NCBI GenBank assembly: GCA_030530605.1 | Contig: JAUMUO010000004.1 | Coordinates: 14,631 to 78,630 of the forward strand | Origin: Candidatus Saccharimonadota bacterium | Lineage (GTDB): Bacteria > Patescibacteriota > Saccharimonadia > Saccharimonadales > Saccharimonadaceae | DNA length: 64,000 bases | Reading direction: 5' to 3' | Position numbers and translations under genes: made by a program | The notes under the pieces: generated by a model | Database searches by the model: none | What the model was told of the DNA's origin: nothing | The model's input: the letters and a program-made list of their open reading frames with translations, nothing else | In this document: in pieces, positions 32,420 to 41,952 of the stretch | How positions within the stretch are numbered: position 1 is the stretch's first letter | How the letters are laid out: each line of letters opens with the position of its first letter

Positions 32420-32448
32420 TTGACATTTTATGAATGGTAGTCTATAAT
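32420..32448 (+). promoter_or_regulatory. Consensus sigma70 promoter of the giant gene
   Basis: TTGACA (32420-25) -17- TATAAT (32443-48). Confidence 0.8.
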
Positions 32449-32598
32449 CGTCTAGATACCTTTTTTTATGCTGGAATAAAATAGCAAAAAGGGGTCGTAG
32501 TTTAACATGATAAGATAAGTTAGTTATAAGCCTAAGGAGGTGAAAAAGAGAAGGCTTAAGATTGTAACTCGTTGATTGTTTCAGAAGTGGAGGACGAT

Positions 32599-35500
32599 AT
32601 GAAGAAAATGAATCGAACTTTGCAGAAATACCTAGCAGTTATTCTGTCAGTAATGGTGGCAGTTTGTTCAACGCCGACTGTGACTTACGCACAGTTGGCA
32701 GAGACTGATACTGTTACCATCGCATTCAATACCGGTGAAGATGCCGGTTACGTTACGACGCCCGACGGCTATGATTACGACGGGGAAGGTGCCCCGGGAA
32801 TTTACTCAAAGAGTTTCACCGAAACAAGCGAAGGCGAAACGGTTACGCTACTTGATGCCCCTGACGATATTCCGCTTGGCAAAGTATTTGTCAAATGGGA
32901 ATCAGAGGATGGTGCAGATTGCGAACCGGGCGACGTTATGGCGCTCAGTACCTTGGATGTTGATGATGGTGACACTTACACCTTCACTGCAGTCTACGCT
33001 GATATTTACAGCATAGAATACGATGTGAACGGCGGTAATGACCCCGCGACAGCAAACCCGACTTCTTGGAATGTCACAGACGGTGATATCCTGCTCAATA
33101 ACCCCAGCTATACCGACGATATTTATACGTTTAATGGCTGGTGGCTTGCTGACGACACCGAGTTTGAAGAGGGACAAGAGATTACCAGCGCAATCACTAC
33201 CTTAAATAGCACTCTTTTCGATGCTATCTCCGGCAGTTCGATTAAGCTGGTAGCTGATTGGTACCCGACTGATTTTACCGTTGCCCTTTATGGATTAAAC
33301 GGTGTAAGCTCGGATTCAATTAGTGCCTTAGAGAACCTTGGTTTCGACATGGATGACGAAGATGCTCCGACAACCGCAACGGCATCGTTGACCGTAGAAG
33401 ACGCTATCACTATCCCGGCCCTTGAAAAAGAGGGCTATCGCTTTGTTAAGTGGGATGATGGCAATGATTCTACAGATGACGGTACTACTATTGAATTAGC
33501 CGCAGGAGACATCCGCAGTGGTCTAGACTTCACGGCTACTTTCGAACAGGAACACACGTTGACCCTTTCGGGGTTAGCAAACATTGACGACGGCTCAGTT
33601 GCTGCTCTGGAAGGACTTGGCTTTACCGTCGGCAGTAGCACCGCTACAAAGGTGTTCACCGCTAGCGATACAGCTTTCGATCTCCCGAATGTTGAGTCGG
33701 ATAGTTATGAGTTCTTTGGCTGGTACACCGACGACCCTACTTCAGCAAGTAAGGATGTTGAGTTTGACCCCGGCGTTGATACGGACACGACCTATACGGC
33801 CAGGTTCGCAAACTCCTATAGTGTTACCTTTATGGACGGCACTACGGAGCTTGATACGCTTGGATTCATGTATCAGACGGACGAAACTTCTATCAGATTG
33901 CCCGCATTGCCGGATAAGGATTACTATTCTGGCGAAGGTTGGGTAATTGTTGGCGACGAGACTGAGACTGTCTATACGTCAGATGCAGATTTAGATCTCG
34001 AAACCATCGGCATTGAGGACGAAGATGATTATACCAACTTAGTCTTTGATGCGAGTTATACTGCAACACCTTTTACTATCACTCTGACTGGCTTAAGTGG
34101 CGTAAGCGAAAATTCAATCGCTGAATTAGAGGATATCGGCTTCACTATGGATGATGAGGACGCTCCGACAAGCGCTACTGTTACTAAGACTGTAGAGGAT
34201 GCTCTTACTATCCCGGCAATCGTAAAGGATGGCTACCGCTTTATTAAGTGGGACGACTCCGATAGCGGAACTGTGGATGGAAGAGCTGTAGATTTTGAAG
34301 TAGGCGAGATTACTGATAACTTCGAATTTGCTGCTACCTTTGAGCAGGAGTACACCTTGACCCTTAACGGGGTAGCTGGTATTACCGCTGGCTCAGTTGC
34401 AGATCTGGAAGAAAAAGGCTTCACCGTTAGCGGAAATACCGCTGCTTTGGTATTCATCGACGACGATGAAGAATTTGTTATTCCTAACGTAGCTAAGGAA
34501 GGTTATGATTTCTTTGGCTGGTACGCTGGTGATGATCCTACATCTGCGGCTTTGGATTTAACTTTTGATCCTAGTACTGCAGCAGATGCAAGCTACACCG
34601 CAAGCCTTATAAGGTCTTACACCGTTACCTTCATGGACGGCATGACCGAGCTCACGTCTCTTGGCTTCACGTATTTAACAGGGGCAGATTCAATCAACCT
34701 GCCGGCACTCGCAGACAAAGATGGTTATACCAGCGATGGTTGGGTGCTTCAGGGCGACGAGACTGCTACCGAAAGAGAAGCAGGGGCAACTTTAAGTCTT
34801 GCAGACATTGGTATCGAGGATGAGGAAGACGAGACCGACCTGGTATTCGTCGCTAAATATTCAACTATTCCTTATACCATCACTCTCTCTGGTCTAGACA
34901 ATGCGGATAGCGATTCTATTACCGCTCTGGAAGCCGTTGGCTTCACTCTGAGCGATAACAACGTAGAAGCAACCGCAGTTAAGACCGTTGAAGATGCTGT
35001 TACTATCCCGGCCATGAGTGGAACAGGTTTCCGCTTCCTTGGCTGGCAGAAAGATGGCACGGGCACTGACTTCTTAGACGAAGTTGTGCTTGAAGAAGGC
35101 GATATCTTAAGCGACTTAAATTATACAGCTGTACTTAAACAGGAATACACCCTTAGCCTTACTAGGTTAGGCGGAATTACTGACAGCACAGTTGAGGCGC
35201 TTGAGGCCGACGGCTTCACCATTAGTAATGGCACCGCTACAAAGAAGTTTATCAACACAGATTCCGTTGTTGTGCTCCCGACAGTTGCTAAGGCCAACTA
35301 TGATTTCCTTGGTTGGTACGCATCTGGACAGAGCGAGACGACAGCAAGTACAAATGTTACATTTGACCCTAGCGAAGAACAGAATGGTAGGTATGTGGCA
35401 AGGTTTGTGAGATCCTACACCGTTACTTTCATGGACGGTACCACAGAACTTACAGATCTCGGCTTTACCTATCTGACTGGCGCAGAGTCAATTAATCTTC

Positions 35501-38500
35501 CGGCAGTTCCCGGCAAGACGGGTTATACTAATCTTGGCTGGTCCTTAGTAGATGGCAGTAACATCTACGAACCCGGCACTACTCTGGAGCTTTCGAATAT
35601 CGGCATCTCCAGCGCAGAGGATGAGCAAAACCTTGTCTTCGTTGCGGAGTACGAAACCATACCCTACACCATCACCCTTACCGGGTTAACGGGTGTAAGC
35701 GAGAATTCTATCGATGCGCTTGAAGACATTGGCTTCACCGTTGAAGATGGTACCGCTACTATCACCAAGACTATTGAGGATAGTCTTACTATTCCTGAAA
35801 TCAGCAAAGATGGCTTCCGCTTCATGAAGTGGGATGACAGCGACGCTGAAACTACGGATGGCAAGACTGTCGAATTAGCAGTAGGAGATATCGACGATGA
35901 TCTTAGCTATGCGGCTGTCTTTGAGCAGGAGTACACCTTGATCCTGGCTGGGTTAGAGGGTATCACTTCAGCCTCAGTTGCAGCTTTGGAAGACAAGTTT
36001 ACCGTTAACGACGATGGGACAGCCACGCTGATCTTTGTCGATGATGACGAAGCTTTTAATCTTCCGGCAGTAGCCAAGACCGACTATGATTTCCTTGGTT
36101 GGTACACTGGCGATGATCCTACCACTGCAACTTTAACTGTTAACTTCAATCCTAGCACCGCAGCAGACGCGACTTACACGGCAAGGTTCGTGAGGTCTTA
36201 CACCGTTACTTTCATGGACGGCACTACAGAGCTCGCTGATCTTGGCTTTACGTATCTGACGGGTGCTACGTCAATCACCATACCGGCAATTCCAGACAAG
36301 CTTGGTTACACTTCGGGCGAAGGCTGGTACCTGCAAGGTGACGAAACGGCAACACTTTATACTGCTGGTACTTTAACACTTGCGACCATCGGTATAGAGG
36401 ACGCTGACGACGAGACCAACTTGATCTTTGTCGCAGATGAGTATACTATCAACAACAACACTGTCACCCTCCTCGGGTTGGATGACATCAGTACAGCATC
36501 TGTTACCGCTCTTGAGTCCGCTGGATTCACCCTGAGCGAGAACAAAGCTACAGTCACCAAGACCGTTGAGGATAGCCTTACTATCCCGGCCATTTCTAAG
36601 CTTCACAAAGTATTTGATGGCTGGCAGAAGGGCACTGACGAACCGACCGCCACAGTCACACTGGCAGTTGGCGAAATCACAGGAAACTTAAGTTATACGG
36701 CTACGTTCTCTAGCGCAAAGACCATCACAGTTAGTTTCGACCTTGACGGCGGCGCCTTCCAGGCAGCTGACATAGAGGGTTGGGATGACTTTGGTTATGT
36801 TGTAGGAACGAACGAAGCTTTGGCAGCTTATGTCGACGACAATCTGGCTACTATCAACAACATTCCGGCACCAATTAAGGCAGACAATGTCTTTACAGGC
36901 TGGACCGTAAACGGTGGCACAGATAAGGTAATGAGTTACACCTTGCCCGCTCCTAATAACCAGGCAGTTGCACTCGTAGCTACTTGGATCGCAGGCGAAG
37001 AGGGCGAGACCATTATTCAGACAGAAGGTAACGCTGCTGGAAAGATCGATAACAGCTCTGTTAATGATATCAAGGATATTCTTGATGATAACGTTGGCAC
37101 TGGCGAAACTTCAGTAACAAAACTCTTCATCGAAGAGGACTTGACTGATACTCACGCTGGTACGGCCATCGAAGACAAGCTGGAAGAAGCTTTCGGCGGT
37201 ACAACTGCAAATATCACTAAGACTTACGTTGATATTGATATCACGCAGTATATCACTTCTGTTTCAAACAACAGCATTGCTAGTGAAATCCACGACCTCG
37301 GACGCGTTGTAGACATTATCTACACACCGACAAATGGCGTGGCTAATCTGAAGGCAGTAGTTCGCGAGCATGACGGTAACCCCAAGACCTACACAAGGTT
37401 TAAGGAACTTGCAACCGCACCGACCGGCGAGCTTGTAGATGGAACCTATTTTATTGACGACCCTGTCGTACATATTTACACCAGGTTCTTCTCAACCTAC
37501 GCTCTTGGTTATGCAACCGGAGTATACATGGTAAGCTTTGACGCTAACGGCGGTAACGAGACCTATGACCCTGTTTACACTGATCAGCTTGGCACATTGC
37601 CGACACCTACAAGGTCAGGCTATTGGAGCTTCCTGAAGTGGACCTATCCTGATGGAAGCGCGGCCGCAACTGGCGACACAATCACTCAAGATACTACGCT
37701 TACTGCTCAGTGGAAGGATACAACACCTCCCGGACCTGGGCCTGGACCTGGACCGAGTTCTTATACCGTCACCTTTGATTCAAATGGTGGTAAACCGGTT
37801 AGCTCGATCACGGTTACAGACGGTAAGTTGCCTGCTCTTCCGGAAACTACGAAAGAGAACAACACCTTCGACGGTTGGTTCTATGCAAATGGAACTAAGG
37901 CAGCAGTTGGTGATACAATCACAAGCGATGTCACTCTTACCGCTAGATGGACACAGAGTGGCACGTTCACTGTTTACTTTGATACTCAAGGTGGTACTGC
38001 AGTAGATCCTATTACTGTAACAGATGGCAAGCTTCCGACTCTCCCGACTACAACTAAGGAAGGTAACGCTTTCAACGGTTGGCTCTATGAGAACGGAAGC
38101 AAAGCAGTAGCTGGCGACGTAATTACTGGCAATGTTACCTTAACCGCAAGCTGGACACCTGGAGTAACGAATTACACTATCACCTTCGATGCTAACGGCG
38201 GTAGTGCTGTAGCTCCTATGACTGTTTCAGACAACAAACTCCCGAAACTGCCTGACAGTACGAGGGAGAAGTACACTCTTGACGGCTGGTTCTACGCAGA
38301 TGGTACCAAGGCAGCAGCTGGTGATGTCATCAAGGCAGACACCACCTTGACTGCAAGATGGACCAAGGTTAAAGAACCCGCTCCGACAGAGGTCGTCCCG
38401 ACCAAGAATGGTGTAGTAGTAGCAAAGAACAACGATGGTAAAAACACCGTTACACTGCTCGATGGTACTAACTACGGCAAGAAAGCTTCTATCAACACTA

Positions 38501-39903
38501 TCAAGGGAACGGACAAGAAGACCTACAAGATTACCAGAATCTACGATGAAGCCTTTAAGGGCAATACTACTATCACTAACGTATCCATCGGCTCTAACGT
38601 ACTGTTTATCGGCGACAGCGCTTTTGACGGCTGTACTAACCTGAAATCGGTATCGTTTGGTAGCAAGGTGAAAGAAATTGGTGATAGAGCCTTTGCTGGT
38701 ACAGCAATCACTAAGGCTAATGTCTCTGGTAAAGTAGAAACTATCGGCAGCTATGCTTTTGCTGGCTGTACCTACCTGAAATCTGCGTCTATCGCAGGTA
38801 AAGTCAACTCAATTGGCGAATCAGCTTTCGACGGCTGTACTGCTCTTGCTACAGTGAAGATCGGAAATACGGTGAAGACCGTTAGCGCTAGAGCGTTTGA
38901 CGGCTGTACAGGTCTGAAGACGTTAAATATCGGATCTGGAGTAGAGGTTATCGGAGTTGGCGCCTTTAGCGGATGTAGTAATTTGGCTACGCTTACTATT
39001 GGTATGTCGAATATCCCTGATGGGCTGTTTAGCGGATATGCTAACCTTAAGAAAGTAACTATTGGCAAAACTGTTAAGTCTATCGGCGAATCTGCATTTG
39101 CTAGCACTGGAATTACCAGAATCAGCTTATCTGGTAAGTTAGAGTCTATCGGCGATTATGCATTCTATAATTGCCAGAGTCTTACTTCATCAAGTATGAG
39201 CAAGTATGTTAAATCTGTTGGCGCTTGCGCATTCCAGAATTGTTCGAGCATGAAGACCGCTTCTCTCGGCTCTAATGTTGAGACTGTTGGCGATTATGCT
39301 TACGCTGGTTGTGCTAGCCTGAAGTCATTCAAGGTTGGCAAGACAGTTAAGACTATGGGTATTGAAGTACTCGACGGCTGTACCAACCTGGCCACTCTTA
39401 CCATAGACATGGCAAATATCCCTGATAATTTACTCAAGGGTAGCACCAGTCTTAAGAAGGTGAGTATTGGCTCCAACGCCAGAACGGTTGGCGACAGCGC
39501 ATTTAACGGCTGTACTAACCTCAAGACATTGACTCTGGGCGGCAAGTTAGTTGGCATCGGCGACTACGCCTTTGCTGGTACCGCTATCACCAAGGCTACT
39601 ACAAGTAAGACAGTTACAACTATCGGCAACTACGCCTTTGCAAACTGTGCTAACCTGAAGTCGGCTACGATCGGCGCAGGAGTGACCTACATTGGTGCTG
39701 GCGCTTACTCAGGCGACGCTAACCTTGCTACTCTTACAGTTAATTCAAGCAACTTAACTACTACAGAGGCTGTAGGCAATGATTTCATCAGCGGAATCAA
39801 AGCTAACGCGACTGTGAAGATACCTAAGAAGGTATTCGACCAGACCAAGAGCGTCTTTGAGGCCAAAGGTGGTGCCGGCAGTCAGATCAAGTACAAGAAG
39901 TGA
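32599..39903 (+). CDS. Giant secreted surface protein: InlB B-repeat (Flg_new)-like domains + C-terminal BspA-type LRRs
   Basis: GGAGG SD before ATG 32599, signal peptide; many Y(T/S)VTF..GG..LP.P.K.GY.F.GW modules; PPGPGPGPGPS linker; C-terminal IG..AF.GC..LK.V.IG repeats (LRR_5-like). Confidence 0.88.
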   Translation: MKKMNRTLQKYLAVILSVMVAVCSTPTVTYAQLAETDTVTIAFNTGEDAGYVTTPDGYDYDGEGAPGIYSKSFTETSEGETVTLLDAPDDIPLGKVFVKWESEDGADCEPGDVMALSTLDVDDGDTYTFTAVYADIYSIEYDVNGGNDPATANPTSWNVTDGDILLNNPSYTDDIYTFNGWWLADDTEFEEGQEITSAITTLNSTLFDAISGSSIKLVADWYPTDFTVALYGLNGVSSDSISALENLGFDMDDEDAPTTATASLTVEDAITIPALEKEGYRFVKWDDGNDSTDDGTTIELAAGDIRSGLDFTATFEQEHTLTLSGLANIDDGSVAALEGLGFTVGSSTATKVFTASDTAFDLPNVESDSYEFFGWYTDDPTSASKDVEFDPGVDTDTTYTARFANSYSVTFMDGTTELDTLGFMYQTDETSIRLPALPDKDYYSGEGWVIVGDETETVYTSDADLDLETIGIEDEDDYTNLVFDASYTATPFTITLTGLSGVSENSIAELEDIGFTMDDEDAPTSATVTKTVEDALTIPAIVKDGYRFIKWDDSDSGTVDGRAVDFEVGEITDNFEFAATFEQEYTLTLNGVAGITAGSVADLEEKGFTVSGNTAALVFIDDDEEFVIPNVAKEGYDFFGWYAGDDPTSAALDLTFDPSTAADASYTASLIRSYTVTFMDGMTELTSLGFTYLTGADSINLPALADKDGYTSDGWVLQGDETATEREAGATLSLADIGIEDEEDETDLVFVAKYSTIPYTITLSGLDNADSDSITALEAVGFTLSDNNVEATAVKTVEDAVTIPAMSGTGFRFLGWQKDGTGTDFLDEVVLEEGDILSDLNYTAVLKQEYTLSLTRLGGITDSTVEALEADGFTISNGTATKKFINTDSVVVLPTVAKANYDFLGWYASGQSETTASTNVTFDPSEEQNGRYVARFVRSYTVTFMDGTTELTDLGFTYLTGAESINLPAVPGKTGYTNLGWSLVDGSNIYEPGTTLELSNIGISSAEDEQNLVFVAEYETIPYTITLTGLTGVSENSIDALEDIGFTVEDGTATITKTIEDSLTIPEISKDGFRFMKWDDSDAETTDGKTVELAVGDIDDDLSYAAVFEQEYTLILAGLEGITSASVAALEDKFTVNDDGTATLIFVDDDEAFNLPAVAKTDYDFLGWYTGDDPTTATLTVNFNPSTAADATYTARFVRSYTVTFMDGTTELADLGFTYLTGATSITIPAIPDKLGYTSGEGWYLQGDETATLYTAGTLTLATIGIEDADDETNLIFVADEYTINNNTVTLLGLDDISTASVTALESAGFTLSENKATVTKTVEDSLTIPAISKLHKVFDGWQKGTDEPTATVTLAVGEITGNLSYTATFSSAKTITVSFDLDGGAFQAADIEGWDDFGYVVGTNEALAAYVDDNLATINNIPAPIKADNVFTGWTVNGGTDKVMSYTLPAPNNQAVALVATWIAGEEGETIIQTEGNAAGKIDNSSVNDIKDILDDNVGTGETSVTKLFIEEDLTDTHAGTAIEDKLEEAFGGTTANITKTYVDIDITQYITSVSNNSIASEIHDLGRVVDIIYTPTNGVANLKAVVREHDGNPKTYTRFKELATAPTGELVDGTYFIDDPVVHIYTRFFSTYALGYATGVYMVSFDANGGNETYDPVYTDQLGTLPTPTRSGYWSFLKWTYPDGSAAATGDTITQDTTLTAQWKDTTPPGPGPGPGPSSYTVTFDSNGGKPVSSITVTDGKLPALPETTKENNTFDGWFYANGTKAAVGDTITSDVTLTARWTQSGTFTVYFDTQGGTAVDPITVTDGKLPTLPTTTKEGNAFNGWLYENGSKAVAGDVITGNVTLTASWTPGVTNYTITFDANGGSAVAPMTVSDNKLPKLPDSTREKYTLDGWFYADGTKAAAGDVIKADTTLTARWTKVKEPAPTEVVPTKNGVVVAKNNDGKNTVTLLDGTNYGKKASINTIKGTDKKTYKITRIYDEAFKGNTTITNVSIGSNVLFIGDSAFDGCTNLKSVSFGSKVKEIGDRAFAGTAITKANVSGKVETIGSYAFAGCTYLKSASIAGKVNSIGESAFDGCTALATVKIGNTVKTVSARAFDGCTGLKTLNIGSGVEVIGVGAFSGCSNLATLTIGMSNIPDGLFSGYANLKKVTIGKTVKSIGESAFASTGITRISLSGKLESIGDYAFYNCQSLTSSSMSKYVKSVGACAFQNCSSMKTASLGSNVETVGDYAYAGCASLKSFKVGKTVKTMGIEVLDGCTNLATLTIDMANIPDNLLKGSTSLKKVSIGSNARTVGDSAFNGCTNLKTLTLGGKLVGIGDYAFAGTAITKATTSKTVTTIGNYAFANCANLKSATIGAGVTYIGAGAYSGDANLATLTVNSSNLTTTEAVGNDFISGIKANATVKIPKKVFDQTKSVFEAKGGAGSQIKYKK
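33271..36715 (+). repeat. Internal tandem repeat: about four ~795-bp three-domain units plus a partial fifth
   Basis: Units begin near 33271, 34070, 34870, 35661, 36457 (ITL.GL...SI.ALE..GF / QEYTL.L.GL / SYTVTFMDGTTEL); boundaries approximate. Confidence 0.8.
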
Positions 39904-39927
39904 TTTTAATTAACTTATCTTATCGGG

Positions 39928-39958
39928 AGGGGTCCTTGCTCTTTAAGGGCCCCTTTTT
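39928..39958 (+). terminator. Intrinsic terminator after giant gene
   Basis: AGGGGTCCTT...AAGGGCCCCT followed by T-run. Confidence 0.75.
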
Positions 39959-40081
39959 CATGGTAAAAATTAAGCGATTTTCCTCTTTACAACCCCCCAA
40001 AAATCATGTAAAATAGTAGTAAGTGTCTGGAGATGGTTTTTATTAGTGCTACCAGACAATTAATAAAAGGAGAATAAAAGA

Positions 40082-41266
40082 ATGGCAAATTTTGACCGTT
40101 CCAAGCCACACATTAACGTTGGCACCATGGGTCACGTCGACCATGGTAAAACCACTCTTACCGCTGCTATTACTGCGGTTCTAGCAAAAAAGCTTCCTAG
40201 CGAAGTTAACAAGCCGGTCGCTTACGACCAAATCGACAACGCCCCTGAAGAGAAGGCTCGCGGTATTACTATCGCTACTTCCCACCAGGAATACGAGTCT
40301 GAAAAGCGTCACTATGCCCACGTCGATATGCCGGGCCACGCTGACTACATTAAGAACATGATTACCGGTGCTGCCCAGATCGATGGCGCTATCCTCGTCG
40401 TCGCTGCGAACGATGGTCCGCTTCCGCAGACCCGTGAGCACGTACTTCTCGCCCACCAGGTGAACGTTCCAAAAATCATCGTCTTCTTGAACAAGATGGA
40501 TCTCGCTGACCCAGAGCTCGTCGAGCTCGTTGAGATGGATGTCCGCGAACTCTTGAACAAGTACGGCTTCGATGGCGACAACGCCCCAATCATCAAGGGT
40601 TCCGCTACCAAAGCTCTCGAAGGTGATGCTGAAAACGAACAGGCTATTATGGACCTCGTTAAGGCTATGGACGAATACTTTGATGTTCCAGAGCACGATC
40701 TTGACAAACCATTCCTAATGCCAATTGAAGACGTCTTCTCTATCAAAGGCCGTGGTACTGTTGCTACTGGTCGTATCGAGCAGGGTGTCGTCAAATTGAA
40801 CGACGAAGTTGAAATCGTCGGTCTTAAGGACACTCAGAAGTCCGTCGTTACCGGTATCGAGGCCTTCCACAAGACTCTTGATCAGGGTCAGGCTGGCGAT
40901 AACGCAGGTCTTCTTCTCCGCGGTATCGAGCGCGATCAAATCGAGCGTGGTCAGGTTATCGCTGCCCCAGGTAGCATTACCCCACACACCGAGTTTGAAG
41001 GTGAAGTTTACATCTTGAAGAAAGAGGAAGGCGGCCGCCACACCCCGTTCTCCAAGGGTTACAAGCCACAGTTCTACTTCAGAACTACCGACGTTACCGG
41101 CGAAGTTGAGCTTCCAGCTGACAAGGAAATCGTTATGCCTGGTGACACCGTCACTTTCAAGGTTAAACTCCTTGCCCCAATCGCTATGAACAACAACGAC
41201 CGCTTTGCTATCCGTGAAGGTGGCAAGACCGTTGGTTCTGGTGTTATCACCAAGATTGTAAAATAG
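40082..41266 (+). CDS. tuf: Elongation factor Tu
   Basis: [29 protein letters not shown]. Confidence 0.99.
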   Translation: MANFDRSKPHINVGTMGHVDHGKTTLTAAITAVLAKKLPSEVNKPVAYDQIDNAPEEKARGITIATSHQEYESEKRHYAHVDMPGHADYIKNMITGAAQIDGAILVVAANDGPLPQTREHVLLAHQVNVPKIIVFLNKMDLADPELVELVEMDVRELLNKYGFDGDNAPIIKGSATKALEGDAENEQAIMDLVKAMDEYFDVPEHDLDKPFLMPIEDVFSIKGRGTVATGRIEQGVVKLNDEVEIVGLKDTQKSVVTGIEAFHKTLDQGQAGDNAGLLLRGIERDQIERGQVIAAPGSITPHTEFEGEVYILKKEEGGRHTPFSKGYKPQFYFRTTDVTGEVELPADKEIVMPGDTVTFKVKLLAPIAMNNNDRFAIREGGKTVGSGVITKIVK

Positions 41267-41271
41267 CAATT

Positions 41272-41303
41272 AAAAAAAGAGCCGTTTACAAGCGGCTCTT
41301 TTT
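41272..41303 (+). terminator. Intrinsic terminator after tuf
   Basis: AAAAAAAGAGCCG-TTTACAAG-CGGCTCTTTTT. Confidence 0.85.
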
Positions 41304-41387
41304 GGTGTATAATATACACTGTTATAAATTAATATCAGGCTAGAAAAACTCCATTCTTTCGAGGTTATCTAGCGAGAAAGGAATTAA

Positions 41388-41711
41388 ATGGCAGAAGCCA
41401 AAAAAGAAGGTTTAAAAATCCGTATCCGCCTCAAGGCCTATGACCACCGCGTCATCGACCAGAGCGCTAAGCAAATTGTTGACACCGCCATCAGAACTGG
41501 TGCCAATGTCAGCGGCCCAGTGCCTCTTCCGACCAAAAGAAGCACCTTTACCGTAGTCAAGAGCCCACACGTCTATAAGACCGGTGGTGAGGCTTTCGAG
41601 ATGAAGGTTCACAAGCGCCTGATTGACATCACCAATGCCACCCCAAAGACGATCGATTCACTTCAGAATCTCTCGCTCCCAGCTGGCGTTGATGCTGAAA
41701 TCCGTATGTAG
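41388..41711 (+). CDS. rpsJ: 30S ribosomal protein S10
   Basis: [33 protein letters not shown]. Confidence 0.98.
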   Translation: MAEAKKEGLKIRIRLKAYDHRVIDQSAKQIVDTAIRTGANVSGPVPLPTKRSTFTVVKSPHVYKTGGEAFEMKVHKRLIDITNATPKTIDSLQNLSLPAGVDAEIRM

Positions 41712-41739
41712 AAAAAAGCCCCCATTTAGGGGGCTTTTT
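41712..41739 (+). terminator. Intrinsic terminator after rpsJ
   Basis: AAAAAAGCCCCC-ATTTA-GGGGGCTTTTT. Confidence 0.85.
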
Positions 41740-41952
41740 GTTGCCTTTGTGCAAAATGAAAAGCGCCAGTCCTAAGACTGGCGCAGTTCTTCAGCCGGGT
41801 CACTTCCGGTTCTTCAAACCAGTCGCTATCCTTCCAATTCGGGTAAAGCCCATCGAGCTTAGCTCTGAACTGGTGGTTTATAATTGAAGCTATACTGCAT
41901 TGTCCCTAAAATGTCAAGGTGACAAACCCGTAGGATTTGATATAATAGATGT

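Noticed and set aside
33271-39800. CRISPR-like or non-coding periodicity
   Set aside because: Repeats are degenerate, in frame and protein-level; no identical direct repeats with spacers.
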